The notes beneath the pieces were generated by a model. The model was not told the DNA's origin. It saw only the letters and a program-made list of their open reading frames with translations, and searched no databases. Source: Alphaproteobacteria bacterium (GTDB taxonomy: Bacteria > Pseudomonadota > Alphaproteobacteria > SP197). From it: a DNA stretch of 64,000 bases. This document shows positions 1-9,566 of the stretch, one piece after another. The stretch covers positions 4,128,001-4,192,000 of the forward strand of contig OZ219747.1 of assembly GCA_964291265.2 (NCBI GenBank), in the 5' to 3' direction. Position numbers and translations under genes: made by a program. Each line of letters opens with the position of its first letter. Position 1 is the first letter of the stretch.

Positions 1-656
1 ACGCTCCTGACACCGGCCGCATCGAACCACTCGTCCCAGGTTGGCCAGTACCCCTTGCCGGTGGGCCAATCGAGGTGAATCAGCGTGTGACGACCGAGAT
101 CAGGTGGTTCGGTGATGGGATGCGCAGCGTGAAGAAGGGAGTGATGGCAGACCGCGAATGCTTCCTCGTCATCGAAGAGCTTCCAGGCGGCCAGCCCGGG
201 ATAGTCGCCGCCACCCCATCTGACGCCGATGTCAAAGTTCTCGCGGTCGAAGTCGACGAGGCGGTCAGAAGCATCGATGAGGACATCGAGATGCGGACAG
301 CGTTCGCGGAAACGGGCCAGCCGCGGCACCAGCCAGTTGCCGGCAAAGGTGGTTTCGGACGTGACCCGCAGAAGCGGCTCGGTCCGGGTGTCGCGCATGC
401 GGCGAACGGCTTCGGCCACGTGGTCGAATCCCCGGCGCAGCTCCGCCATGCCGGCCAGTGCAGCCGCCGTCGGCCTGATCCCGCGCCCCTCGCGCTCGAG
501 AAGGGTGACACCGAGGTCCTTCTCGAGAAGGCGGATCTGATGACTGACCGCCGCCGGCGTCACGTAGAGTTCGGCGGCAGCCCGGGTGAGGCTGAAGTGC
601 CTGCCGGCGGCGTCGAGCGCGCGCAGGGCATTGAGCGAGGGCAGGCGTCTATTCAT
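1..656 (-). CDS. LysR-family transcriptional regulator, GcvA-like (3' end outside window)
   Basis: Manual translation from ATG at 656 gives MNRRLPSLNALRALDAAGRHFSLTRAAAELYVTPAAVSHQIRLLEKDLGV, a classic GcvA/AmpR HTH. Not in the ORF track because it runs off the window. Confidence 0.9.
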   Translation of the reverse strand, partial: MNRRLPSLNALRALDAAGRHFSLTRAAAELYVTPAAVSHQIRLLEKDLGVTLLEREGRGIRPTAAALAGMAELRRGFDHVAEAVRRMRDTRTEPLLRVTSETTFAGNWLVPRLARFRERCPHLDVLIDASDRLVDFDRENFDIGVRWGGGDYPGLAAWKLFDDEEAFAVCHHSLLHAAHPITEPPDLGRHTLIHLDWPTGKGYWPTWDEWFDAAGVRS

Positions 657-751
657 TGAGGTTTTCTTGAAGGTCAATGCAACACATCTCGATTGAACAT
701 GGCCTGTTCCGACACAAGATCAAGATCAAACACCAAACCGGAGATCAAGAC

Positions 752-916
752 ATGTTTGATCGCCTCCGCAAGTCCCTCGTGCGGCGCCGGACCATCGACG
801 AGATCAGGCGTCTCGACCACCACCTGCTTCGGGATATCGGTCTCGACGGTCATGTCGACCCACCCGACCGGATCCTCCTCATGACACGGGGTCCTTTCGA
901 CCGCTATGCTTCGTGA
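752..916 (+). CDS. DUF1127 (YjiS-like) small protein
   Basis: RRRTIDEIRRLDHHLLRDIGL motif; GGAG RBS before ATG 752 (alternative start 677); divergent from a GcvA-like LysR gene, a common arrangement. Confidence 0.8.
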   Translation: MFDRLRKSLVRRRTIDEIRRLDHHLLRDIGLDGHVDPPDRILLMTRGPFDRYAS

Positions 917-1967
917 CATGGCGGTCGCCACCGGCCAGGCATCGACGCCTCTTCGACGCATCGACAGGGTGTGGGCGGCAACCGCCCTCATCCTGCTCGT
1001 CGTCCTTGCCCTCGACGGGGAACTCTTCCTTGCATCGCTGGAATTCCTTGCCACCAGCTGGCTCTGGACCCTGCCCTTCGTCCTCGTCTCCGCGGTGCTG
1101 GCGGCATCAATTGCCGCCACGGCCCTCGACCGCCCCCTTGGCGAATCCCTGCGGCGGCGTGCCGTGCAAGCCGTGCTCATCGCTGGTGTCCTGGGCGCCC
1201 TGTCACCCTTCTGCTCTGTCAGCGTGGTGCCTCTGGTGGCGGGGCTGCTTGCTGCGGGCGTGCCACTGGCACCCGTCATGGCCTTCTGGGTGGGTTCGCC
1301 GCTGATCGATCCGGAGATGTTTGTTCTCACCGCCGGGATCATCGACCTCCCGTTCGCGCTCGTGCGCACAGGCACGGCGATCGTCTCTGGACTCCTCGCC
1401 GGTTTTGCGACGCTCGCGCTCGCCCGCCTTGCCTGGGTCAAGTCCCCTCTCAAGCCCCGCGTCCCCTTCGCCGATCTGGGCACGGTCTATGGCACGGGAT
1501 GCGATCTCGTCACCGCCAGACCCGTCATGCTGGCCTTCTGGCGCGACCCCGAGAGGTGGAGCCGCTTCGTCGGTCAGTCCCGCGCCATCGGTCTCTTCAT
1601 GGTGAAGTGGCTGACCCTCGCCTTCGTCATCGAAAGCCTGCTTCTCGCCTGGGTGCCGCCCGACACCGCTGCCGATGTTCTCGGGTCGGGCGCCTGGTGG
1701 ACGGTTCCGGCAGCGGCGTTCATCGGCATGCCGACGTACCTTCACGGCTATGCTGCGGTGCCGGTCATCGACGGACTGCTGCAGCTGGGCATGGACCAGG
1801 GAGCGGCGATCGCCTTTCTCATCGGCGGCGAGATCACGAGCATTCCCACGGCCATGGCCGTCTATGTCGTCGTTCGCCACAAGGTCTTCGCACTCTACCT
1901 CGGGCTGGGTCTTGTCGCCGCCATCCTCATGGGCTGGTGCGTTCAGGCCCTGACCGGGCTCGTCTGA
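906..1967 (+). CDS. Permease, ArsP/DUF318 family
   Basis: Multi-TM protein with SPFCSVSVVP, SPLIDP and GAAIAFLIGG motifs. Confidence 0.8.
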   Translation: MLRDMAVATGQASTPLRRIDRVWAATALILLVVLALDGELFLASLEFLATSWLWTLPFVLVSAVLAASIAATALDRPLGESLRRRAVQAVLIAGVLGALSPFCSVSVVPLVAGLLAAGVPLAPVMAFWVGSPLIDPEMFVLTAGIIDLPFALVRTGTAIVSGLLAGFATLALARLAWVKSPLKPRVPFADLGTVYGTGCDLVTARPVMLAFWRDPERWSRFVGQSRAIGLFMVKWLTLAFVIESLLLAWVPPDTAADVLGSGAWWTVPAAAFIGMPTYLHGYAAVPVIDGLLQLGMDQGAAIAFLIGGEITSIPTAMAVYVVVRHKVFALYLGLGLVAAILMGWCVQALTGLV

Positions 1968-1970
1968 CCG

Positions 1971-2555
1971 TCAGGCACGACGGCGCAGAAAGAAGGCATC
2001 GACCGAGAGTGGTCCCGCACCCTTGGTCAGTGGAATGAGAAGCAGCAGAATCCACAGGGCGCGCTGATCGAGAATCTTCGCGTCGGGAACATTGTCGAAC
2101 CAGGCTCCGATGGTCGCCGCCCCGGCGCCGTGGCCGGCCACATCCACGATGCTCATGACGACAATGAAGCCGATCATCGCGAGAGCGGCGGAGCGCGTGA
2201 AGAGGCCGATGATGATGAACAGGGGCAGCAGGAATTCCGCCCACGTACCCGCCACCACAACGAACCAGGAGATCACGCCGAGTCGCGAGGCGTCATAGCC
2301 AACGGCCTCGATCTGGGCCGGTAGGATCTGGGCATAGGCACCCGTCGATGGTGAGACGATGCCCAGGATACCCTCGCCGAGCTTCGTCGTGGCCGATGTC
2401 CAGAAGAAGACTGCCAGCGTGGCCAGAAAAACCAGACGCGCCAGGGTGGTGAGAACTGCGCCGCCGAGCAGGTCGCCCAGCGGAACCATGATCCGGTTCT
2501 CGAGAGAATGCAGAGGGTTCATGACGTAGTCCCCCGTTGCCTTGGCGGTGATCAT
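1971..2555 (-). CDS. DoxX-family membrane protein (bufferin BufD-like)
   Basis: GTWAEFLLPLFIIIGLFTRSAALAMIGF motif; last gene of the DUF2282-DUF692-DUF2063 operon. Confidence 0.85.
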   Translation of the reverse strand: MITAKATGDYVMNPLHSLENRIMVPLGDLLGGAVLTTLARLVFLATLAVFFWTSATTKLGEGILGIVSPSTGAYAQILPAQIEAVGYDASRLGVISWFVVVAGTWAEFLLPLFIIIGLFTRSAALAMIGFIVVMSIVDVAGHGAGAATIGAWFDNVPDAKILDQRALWILLLLIPLTKGAGPLSVDAFFLRRRA

Positions 2556-2612
2556 ACTACGTCTTCAGCGGGCAGTGCGCCACCACGTGCCTGCTCTCGG
2601 GTCCGGTGCCTT

Positions 2613-3371
2613 TCAACCACACGAATTGGCCAGGGGAGGAACGATCTCGCGGACGGCGCAGGCATCGAGGATGACGGTAAGACTGGCGGCGAGGTCGACG
2701 CCATGGCACGTGTGTACGGCGTCCCCCAGGGAATCGCCTCTCAGGAGGTTCTCCAGGAAGCCGGCGCTTCCCGGAGGCAGCCTGTGAAGCAGAACGCGGT
2801 CACCGGGACGTGACACCAGGATGTCTTCGGAGCGGGCCGCAACCGGAGACGTGTCTTCCGTCGTGTTGTGGCGCCAGATCGACCACAAGGGGTGGCACGA
2901 ACGCACGATGACCGTCGACGCCCTGAATCCCAGGCGGGTTCCAAGCAGCAATTCCTCGTCGAGACCAGCGAGACAGCCGGGATCGGCGATATCGTCATCC
3001 GCTGCGTGAAAGGACCGCCGGCGTGCCACCTCGAGTCGCGCCAGGTCGCCCAGGTAGGGCAGCCCGTCGGCCGGTTCGAAGCCGTCGATGAAATCGGGAA
3101 AGCAGTCACCGTAGTCGACCACGCAGGGGGTTTCCGGAGGATGGGCGCGGACAAACTCGACCGCCATGGCCCGAAAGAACGCCCCGCCGACAATGGTGCG
3201 GGTCACGCTGAAGGAATCGTCCAGCACATCGATGAGGGAAGCGACGATGTTGTTGCGGTAGATATCGAAGCGTCGCGTGGCCGGTGCGCCATCGGGGCCA
3301 AGCAACCCTTCCGGGACCCGTGCCGAGGGGTCGAGAAGCGCCTCGGCGAACACGCTCTGGCTGTCAGGCAT
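2613..3371 (-). CDS. DUF2063 protein, MNIO partner (BufC/HvfC-like)
   Basis: RFDIYRNNIVASL, IVGGAFF and YLGDLARLE motifs; start overlaps the DUF692 stop. Confidence 0.85.
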   Translation of the reverse strand: MPDSQSVFAEALLDPSARVPEGLLGPDGAPATRRFDIYRNNIVASLIDVLDDSFSVTRTIVGGAFFRAMAVEFVRAHPPETPCVVDYGDCFPDFIDGFEPADGLPYLGDLARLEVARRRSFHAADDDIADPGCLAGLDEELLLGTRLGFRASTVIVRSCHPLWSIWRHNTTEDTSPVAARSEDILVSRPGDRVLLHRLPPGSAGFLENLLRGDSLGDAVHTCHGVDLAASLTVILDACAVREIVPPLANSCG

Positions 3372-4239
3372 GTCGACGCGCCGTTTCGAGAATGGCTCCG
3401 GCGCGGCTGGCTTCGGCAACCAATGAGGACCATGGTGGAACGTCGTTGTCCCACTCGATGAGCGTCGGCAGGGGGCCGGCACGCTCGCAGACATCGCGAT
3501 AGAGCGCCAGAACCTCGCCGGTCACCGTTGCACCATGGGAATCGATGAGCAACCGCGAACCATCGTCATCCCGGTCTTCATGGTGCCCGGCAAGGTGGAT
3601 CTCCGCAGCGGCGGAAAGCGGGAAGGATTCGAGCCAGTCGCGCGCATCGAATCGCAGATTGACCGCCGAGACATGGACATTGTTGAGATCGAGGAGCAGC
3701 CCGCACCCGGTGCGCCTGACCAGCTCGCCCAGGAATGCGGTTTCCTCCAAGGTGCTGCAGGCAAAGGCAAGGTAGTTCGCCGGGTTCTCGATGAGGATCC
3801 GCCGGCCGAGACACTCCTGCACCTCGTCGACGTGATCACACACCCTGCCGAGAGTGGTCTCGTCGTATGCTACCGGAAGAAGGTCGTTGAAACAGCGAGG
3901 GCCGTGGCGCGACCAGGCTAGGTGTTCCGATACCATGGCCGGTGTGAACCGCTTCACGAGACGGGCGAGGCGTTCGAGATGCTCGCGGTCAAGCGGACCG
4001 CTGGAGCCGATGGAGAGACCCACTCCGTGGCAGGACATGGCGAAACGTTCGGCAACGCATCGCAGCGCGGCCACCCTCGGGCCGCCATCGACCATGTAAT
4101 TTTCCGCGTGGACTTCCAGCCACGTCACCGGTCCAGGCGCCGCCAGAAGGTCCTCGAGGTGCCGCAGCTTGAAGCCGACGCCGACGTCTGGCGGCAGGGC
4201 CGGCATTGTCACGGGTACCCGGGAATCGACCCCGGCCAT
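3364..4239 (-). CDS. DUF692 multinuclear non-heme iron oxidase (MNIO, BufB-like)
   Basis: EVHAENY, HGVGLSIG, SEHLAW, LLDLNNVHV, EIHLAGH, IDSH and IEWDND motifs. Confidence 0.93.
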   Translation of the reverse strand: MAGVDSRVPVTMPALPPDVGVGFKLRHLEDLLAAPGPVTWLEVHAENYMVDGGPRVAALRCVAERFAMSCHGVGLSIGSSGPLDREHLERLARLVKRFTPAMVSEHLAWSRHGPRCFNDLLPVAYDETTLGRVCDHVDEVQECLGRRILIENPANYLAFACSTLEETAFLGELVRRTGCGLLLDLNNVHVSAVNLRFDARDWLESFPLSAAAEIHLAGHHEDRDDDGSRLLIDSHGATVTGEVLALYRDVCERAGPLPTLIEWDNDVPPWSSLVAEASRAGAILETARRHA

Positions 4240-4261
4240 CTGGCCGGGGTCGTCGCCGAAC

Positions 4262-4552
4262 TTATCCGGGCAGGTCGCGATCGAGTGCTTCGAGAGACCC
4301 GTTGCGATCGCCGGGAAGCTCCATGGTCAGGCAGGTTCCCTCGGGAACCAGCGACCAGGCATTGCCCTGATAGTCGACCGTGGAGGTACCTGCACAGGTG
4401 GTGCCTTCACCAGCCGCACAGTCGTTCTCGCCGGCCAGGGCCACGCCGTAACACTTCTCCTCCGCCGCCTGCACGGTCCCGGTGGTGTGGGCCGAAAGTG
4501 CGGCGGCGACGGCGCCCGCCACGGCAAGGCCCATGAACTTGCTTTGTGTCAT
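4262..4552 (-). CDS. DUF2282 secreted Cys-rich RiPP precursor (bufferin BufA1-like)
   Basis: Signal peptide followed by [43 protein letters not shown] (4 Cys); GGAG RBS. Confidence 0.9.
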   Translation of the reverse strand: MTQSKFMGLAVAGAVAAALSAHTTGTVQAAEEKCYGVALAGENDCAAGEGTTCAGTSTVDYQGNAWSLVPEGTCLTMELPGDRNGSLEALDRDLPG

Positions 4553-4582
4553 GTCTGAATCTCCAAGGTCTGGACTGGGACA

Positions 4583-4611
4583 ATGATAGGCCAAGGGCAG
4601 GCGCCTGTCAG
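4583..4611 (-). promoter_or_regulatory. Putative sigma70-like promoter of the bufferin operon
   Basis: Minus strand CTGACA-N17-TATCAT about 30 nt upstream of the precursor ATG. Confidence 0.45.
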
Positions 4612-4628
4612 CCCGATTTTCCAGCCTC

Positions 4629-5411
4629 CTACTCGGCAGCCCGTTCGACTGCAGCCACTTCCCTCGCCTGGAAGATGCAGAAGATCTTGCGGACGGTTCC
4701 GATGCTGTCCCACTGGTAGATGGCGCCCTTGGGAACCATGAACGTATCGCCCGCAGAGTAGGTCTCGGCACGGCCGGAACCATCGGTGATCGTCACCTCT
4801 CCCTCCAGGATGTGCATGAGTTCGTTTCTTGGAAACGGTGCCGGTTTCGTATGCATCTCGCTGGTCTGCCAGACTCCGCAGACCATCTGGCGGGTGGCAT
4901 CCTCGAACAGGATCCGGATTCCCTGTTCCGGCACGCCGCCGACATAGCGTGACGTGTTCTGCTCGCCGACCGGCTCGAGGGCCGTGCCGGGATCGATGCG
5001 TCGCGCCACCAATTCCGCCGCTTCGAGCTCCTCGCCCGAATCGTCCTCGAAGATGACCCAGTACTTGAGGACATCCCCGGTCTGCTTCCAGGAGAGCGGC
5101 GTCCCCTTGGGGATGACAAAGCCCTCCCCGGCACCGAATGTCTCTTCTTCCCCGTTCGCGTACTCGAGGGTGATCGCGCCATCGAGGACCAGCATGAACT
5201 CGTTGACGTCGTAGGGACCCGGCTTCGCCACCATGGGCGTACAGTGCCAGACCCCCGAGGTCAGCTGGCCCGTGTCGTCACTGTGGTAGACATGGCCGGA
5301 CTGCACGGGATCTCCGGACACGAGAGAGTCCTTGGGAATCGGGTCCCACGGTTGAAGACCGGAATCTTCGGGGCCCCGGTTGCTGTAACGGATGGATTTC
5401 AGATCGCTCAT
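4629..5411 (-). CDS. Tandem cupin protein (DUF861/EutQ-like Cupin_3)
   Basis: Two repeats of GVWxxT..E.M.(V/I)L.G.(I/V)T..AG..F.(I/V)PKG..W. Confidence 0.85.
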   Translation of the reverse strand: MSDLKSIRYSNRGPEDSGLQPWDPIPKDSLVSGDPVQSGHVYHSDDTGQLTSGVWHCTPMVAKPGPYDVNEFMLVLDGAITLEYANGEEETFGAGEGFVIPKGTPLSWKQTGDVLKYWVIFEDDSGEELEAAELVARRIDPGTALEPVGEQNTSRYVGGVPEQGIRILFEDATRQMVCGVWQTSEMHTKPAPFPRNELMHILEGEVTITDGSGRAETYSAGDTFMVPKGAIYQWDSIGTVRKIFCIFQAREVAAVERAAE

Positions 5412-6976
5412 GGACGGTGTTCTCCTTGCGGTGCCGTGACGGTGACGGGACGAAACGACAGCAGCCCGTCCCTGTCAATCTGTGCCGGGAGGCTCTTCTC
5501 CCAGGCAATGTAGCGACGCTTTGCGCCATCGGGATCGCCGAGAGTTCCGAACGGCGCCTCGCCCTGGTCATCCATGGTGCACAACGCACCCTCGTGGCCT
5601 GACGCCACCGGCAGTCCGTCGGCGATCCAGGCCTCGAGACCACCCTCCAGGACACGGGCCTCGATGCCGAGACCGGCTAGGTCCGCAACGGCGAGGGCCG
5701 CCAGGTGCCCCCCCTCGTCATCGAGCACCGCGAGCCCGCGATCCGCTGCCGGTGCACACGCTGCAAGCCTGGAACGCAAGGCCCAGAAAGCCCCCGACGG
5801 ATGGCATGACATGTACTGCAGCGATAACGAGAGGTCGAGGATTGCCCATCCTCTGGCCGTCGCTTCGCCGGGGAGGACCATCGGTGCATCAGGCGAGGGC
5901 GACGCGACAGGCAACACATGGCCCGTGTCCAGCACATGAACGTCGCTGAAGCCCATCTGTTTCAGCCAGTGACCGGCAAACCTCGAACGGGTGCCGCAGT
6001 CATCGCCCAGTACGATGCGGGCGTCGCGTACGGCAATCCAGGAGTCGGTCTCCTGGACCAGCTGCGTTCCCTCGATGGCAGTCATGCCGGCAAGGACGCC
6101 CCGAGCGTGTTCCTCGGGCGAGCGGACGTCGAACCGGTAGAGGGTTCTCGATCCATCCCTGAGCCAGTCATCGAGTGTCGCATCATCGATCTCGCCAAGC
6201 CCGGTTGCCGATGCCATGTTCCGGCATGCCTCAAGCCCCCAGGCGCGTGATGATTCCGACTCGCCGCCTGGGCGCCGGCTGGCGCCGGATTCCAGGGAGT
6301 GGCCGGCCCACTCCCAGCCGATGGTGCCGTTTTCGAGGGCATGGACAGGATTGGCAAGGCCTGCATTCCTCAGTGTCTGGGCCCCGATGATCGAGCGGGT
6401 CCTTCCTGCGCAGTTGACGACGACCGCGGTCGACGGCGAGGGCGCTAGATCCGCGATGTGGCGGAGCAGTTCGCTGTTGGGACAGCTGAGCGCACCAGGG
6501 ATGGCGAAGTCGCGGTATTCGCTGAAGGGACGGCCATCGAGAACGATGATGTCTTCGCCAGCGGCGATCCGACGATGGACCTCGGCCGCATCCAGTGCCG
6601 GGGTGGCGCATGCGCTCTCGACGCATTCGCCGAAGGCCTTGGATGGAACGTTGGTGCCCTCGAAGACCTCGCCACCGGCCGCCCGCCAGGCTTCGATCCC
6701 ACCCTCGTGGACCACGATGTCACCGTAACCCATGGCGTGCAGCACACGCGCGGCGCATGGCGCCAGCCCGTCGCCGCCATCCGTCAGCGCAACGCAGGTG
6801 GCCTGGCGCGGGAGAAGGGTGGTGACGCCGAGTTCGAGACGCGACAGCGGGATGTTGCAGGCGGCAAGGACATGGCCACGGGAATAGGGACCCGACTCGC
6901 GCACATCGACCAGCGCGAACTCTCCACCGGCGATGATCCGTTCGCGAAGTGCACGGCTGTCGATGGATGCCGTCAC
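5408..6976 (-). CDS. Multi-domain rhodanese / sulfurtransferase
   Basis: Repeated rhodanese domains (DVRE..GH, DGRP..NCAGRTRS, LEGGLEAW); GTG start at 6976 inferred. Confidence 0.85.
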   Translation of the reverse strand: MTASIDSRALRERIIAGGEFALVDVRESGPYSRGHVLAACNIPLSRLELGVTTLLPRQATCVALTDGGDGLAPCAARVLHAMGYGDIVVHEGGIEAWRAAGGEVFEGTNVPSKAFGECVESACATPALDAAEVHRRIAAGEDIIVLDGRPFSEYRDFAIPGALSCPNSELLRHIADLAPSPSTAVVVNCAGRTRSIIGAQTLRNAGLANPVHALENGTIGWEWAGHSLESGASRRPGGESESSRAWGLEACRNMASATGLGEIDDATLDDWLRDGSRTLYRFDVRSPEEHARGVLAGMTAIEGTQLVQETDSWIAVRDARIVLGDDCGTRSRFAGHWLKQMGFSDVHVLDTGHVLPVASPSPDAPMVLPGEATARGWAILDLSLSLQYMSCHPSGAFWALRSRLAACAPAADRGLAVLDDEGGHLAALAVADLAGLGIEARVLEGGLEAWIADGLPVASGHEGALCTMDDQGEAPFGTLGDPDGAKRRYIAWEKSLPAQIDRDGLLSFRPVTVTAPQGEHRP

Positions 6977-6983
6977 GGTCGTT

Positions 6984-7535
6984 TCAGTCGAAACTGCGAT
7001 AGGAGCCGGTTTCCTGATCGAACATGAGCCGGCCCTTGAGGTGGGCAAATCCCAGCCCGTAGAGATGAAGGTGCATGTTGTGCACCCCCTCTTCCATGTG
7101 AATCGAGTGGAAGTCGTTCGGCATGAGACAGACACCGGTGCCGTTGCGGACCTCGACCTCCCGGGCGAGCCTGAGCGGCGCCTCGCCCGCCGGCCCGCCG
7201 TCCCCCTCCCAGATCCTGTTGAGCTCCACGCCCTGGATGCCGACCACGACGGCCCATGTCGTGTGGTTGTGGGGAGGTGTCCAGACATGCTTGTTGGCGA
7301 CCTCGATGTAGAGCTCGTGGCGCCCGTCATCGTCACGCGACAGAACGTCAAAGACCTCGCCGCCGCCATCCGCCGGAATGGGGAAGTCCTGTTCCGCAAA
7401 GAGCTCACGGCGCTGCGCCAGGGCGATCATGTGATCGCGGATCGTCGACAGCGACTGGCGCGTAAGGCCGTCCTCGGCGCGCACCTTCTCGAGTGTATCG
7501 GCGATCGCCCGATCGCGTTCTTCCTTTCGGGACAT
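6984..7535 (-). CDS. Cysteine/thiol dioxygenase-family cupin
   Basis: PPHNHTTWAVVVGIQGVE, FHSI and HLHLYG motifs; paired with a rhodanese gene. Confidence 0.8.
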   Translation of the reverse strand: MSRKEERDRAIADTLEKVRAEDGLTRQSLSTIRDHMIALAQRRELFAEQDFPIPADGGGEVFDVLSRDDDGRHELYIEVANKHVWTPPHNHTTWAVVVGIQGVELNRIWEGDGGPAGEAPLRLAREVEVRNGTGVCLMPNDFHSIHMEEGVHNMHLHLYGLGFAHLKGRLMFDQETGSYRSFD

Positions 7536-7866
7536 GGAACCTTCCGCTCCTCAAGTGGTGGAGACAGTATTCCCGCACAGCCTTCCCCTTGGCAACGCCC
7601 CGAGCTCCCAGACCGTTCCCTCGCACCTCCCTGCCAGGCCCGGCAGGTCAAGGACCGTGGCCGTTCGGCCGGCCTGAACAATCGGGCCGCGCCTGCGGCA
7701 CCGTCCCCGGCAACGGCCTGTTCAGGAGCCGCGCAGGCCTCATCAAGTTGCGGGAAGATTGGAGGACTCCTTGGTTGCAAGGGCTGCAGAATAGCGATTG
7801 CAGCCGCACCTGGCATGCAGGTGTGCACTCTCCATGATCCGATGACGTTTCCGGATTGAGTGCGCC

Positions 7867-8190
7867 GTGACCCCTGCAAATCGGACACATCAACAGCGCC
7901 TCAGCATTTCCCGTCACCGCAGGAGAAACGCTGCCGGCCGCGCCAGGCGAGTCGAAGTCACGGTGCCCGTTCAGGACGCACCCCGCGTCAAGGCAATCGT
8001 CGGCGCCCTGCGTTCGGACGGGGAGGACACCGAACTGCCTCGGCGAACCCTGCAACCGAGACTGGCCGGCGCCAGGGCGGCGACGGGCGCCGATGCTGGT
8101 CGCCTTCTTCCGCGCTTCGCCCTTGAACGACGCTGAGCTCACGATCGAGCGTGAACACGACAAGGGGACGTTCTGCCGATCTCGCCTGAT
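7867..8190 (+). pseudogene. Frameshifted antitoxin-like relic
   Basis: RRVEVTVPVQDA in one frame continues as LVAFFRASPL..ELTIER in another, resembling antitoxins found beside PIN toxins. Confidence 0.4.
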
Positions 8191-8238
8191 GGTCTTTGCT
8201 TCTGGCGCGGACGCCACGGGATGTACTCGATCTTCTCG

Positions 8239-8345
8239 ATGCCCGACCACAGCGAGGCGAAGACGACCGCGCACTGCGCGCATCTCGCCCGGAACTCCGT
8301 GCACGAGGTCGGAGAGCGGGTCGCCGCGAGGACCGAAGGGCTGCT
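8239..8345 (+). pseudogene. C-terminal fragment of a tyrosine integrase
   Basis: DHSEAKTTAHCAHLARNSVHEVGERVA resembles integrase box II GHS...TT.RYAHL, with the catalytic Tyr replaced by Cys. Confidence 0.5.
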
Positions 8346-8512
8346 GGAACGGCACTGTCCGCCGACCCGGGCAGCCTCGACAGCGGCCTGTCATGTCCCC
8401 ACAGGCGCACAGCCTGATACGGCGTTTTTCGACAGGCCGCCGCGTTGGCCCTTGATCCCGGATAGCACAATTCGATAGCATTCTGGCTGTTATCGAATTC
8501 GGAGGCGCCAGC

Positions 8513-8770
8513 ATGAGCACAAGCATCGTCGTCCGCGACATCGACCCCGCAGACAAATCCTGGCTGCGGCGCGAGGCCCGGCAGGCCGGGGTGTCGATGG
8601 AAGAACTGGTGCGTCGCCTGATCCGCGATGCGCGCGCGAAGCGCGAACGCCGGCCAAAGCCGTCCGAAGCCTTCGCGCGGTATTTCGGGGAGGAGCACGG
8701 CGTCGAGCTCCCGCCGCCGGCCCGCCTCGGCTACAGGCCGCTGTCGTTCTCAGGAGCGCAGGAGGAATGA
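8513..8770 (+). CDS. FitA/StbC-like ribbon-helix-helix antitoxin
   Basis: SIVVRDID..LRREA..GVSMEELVRRLI; ATGA overlap with the PIN toxin. Confidence 0.85.
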   Translation: MSTSIVVRDIDPADKSWLRREARQAGVSMEELVRRLIRDARAKRERRPKPSEAFARYFGEEHGVELPPPARLGYRPLSFSGAQEE

Positions 8771-9216
8771 CGGTTCGGCTTGCATGGCTGGTCGACGCGA
8801 ATGCGGTTTCCGAAATGATGCGGCCGCGGCCGGACCCGAAGGTCGCCGCCTTCCTCGATTCCATCGCCGATGAGGGGCTGGGCATCGCTTCCGTCACCGT
8901 CTGGGAGATTCTCAACGGTATCGGCCGGCTCGATCCCGGTCGGCGCCGACGGGAACTCGCCGAACGGTTCCGGGACCTTCTCGACGACCTGTTCGAGGAC
9001 CGTGTTGTGGCGTGGTCTGCGGCGGATGCGCAGGCCTGCGCGCGGATCATGGAGGACAAGCGCCGGCGCGGCGAACCGCTGGACGACCATGTTCCGGACG
9101 CCTTCCTCGCCGCCACAGCGGCCGTGCGCGGCCTTGCCATCGTCACCCGCAACCGGGCGGAATTCCGGAACACCGGCGTGGAGACGGTGGACCCCTGGAC
9201 CGGCCGCCCGTCTTGA
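8767..9216 (+). CDS. vapC: VapC/FitB PIN-domain toxin
   Basis: DANAVSE..RPRPD, EILNGI, DAFLAATA and IVTRN..EF motifs. Confidence 0.9.
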   Translation: MTVRLAWLVDANAVSEMMRPRPDPKVAAFLDSIADEGLGIASVTVWEILNGIGRLDPGRRRRELAERFRDLLDDLFEDRVVAWSAADAQACARIMEDKRRRGEPLDDHVPDAFLAATAAVRGLAIVTRNRAEFRNTGVETVDPWTGRPS

Positions 9217-9566
9217 GCGTCGCGTCGAACGCCGAACCCTTGCCCTGCACCGGGCAGGTCGCCCGGTTCACGAACGGGCGCGACCCGAATCCCCATGAAG
9301 AGCCCGAACTCGCCGACGTGCTCCCCGACGGGCCACAGCCGTTCCGGCCACGCTCGAACGACGCCGACGCCGCCCTTCGCCGATGTACGGAATCCGGCCA
9401 TCAGTGGTGCGCGCATGGAACAGCTCGGCCATGTCGTCCGTCCGCAGCGGTCGTCGAAAGGTCGACCTTCGGGCTGACGGGAATTGCTGCAACGGTGACG
9501 TCAGCCCTTGACGGCACGAGCAATCGGCAGTTTCAATTGCTGCCAACAAATCGGGGAGAATCCTCC

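Noticed and set aside
5408-7408. 666-aa ORF as a dioxygenase-rhodanese fusion
   Set aside because: The N-terminal extension is an off-frame overlap of the separate dioxygenase gene; the rhodanese most likely starts at 6976.
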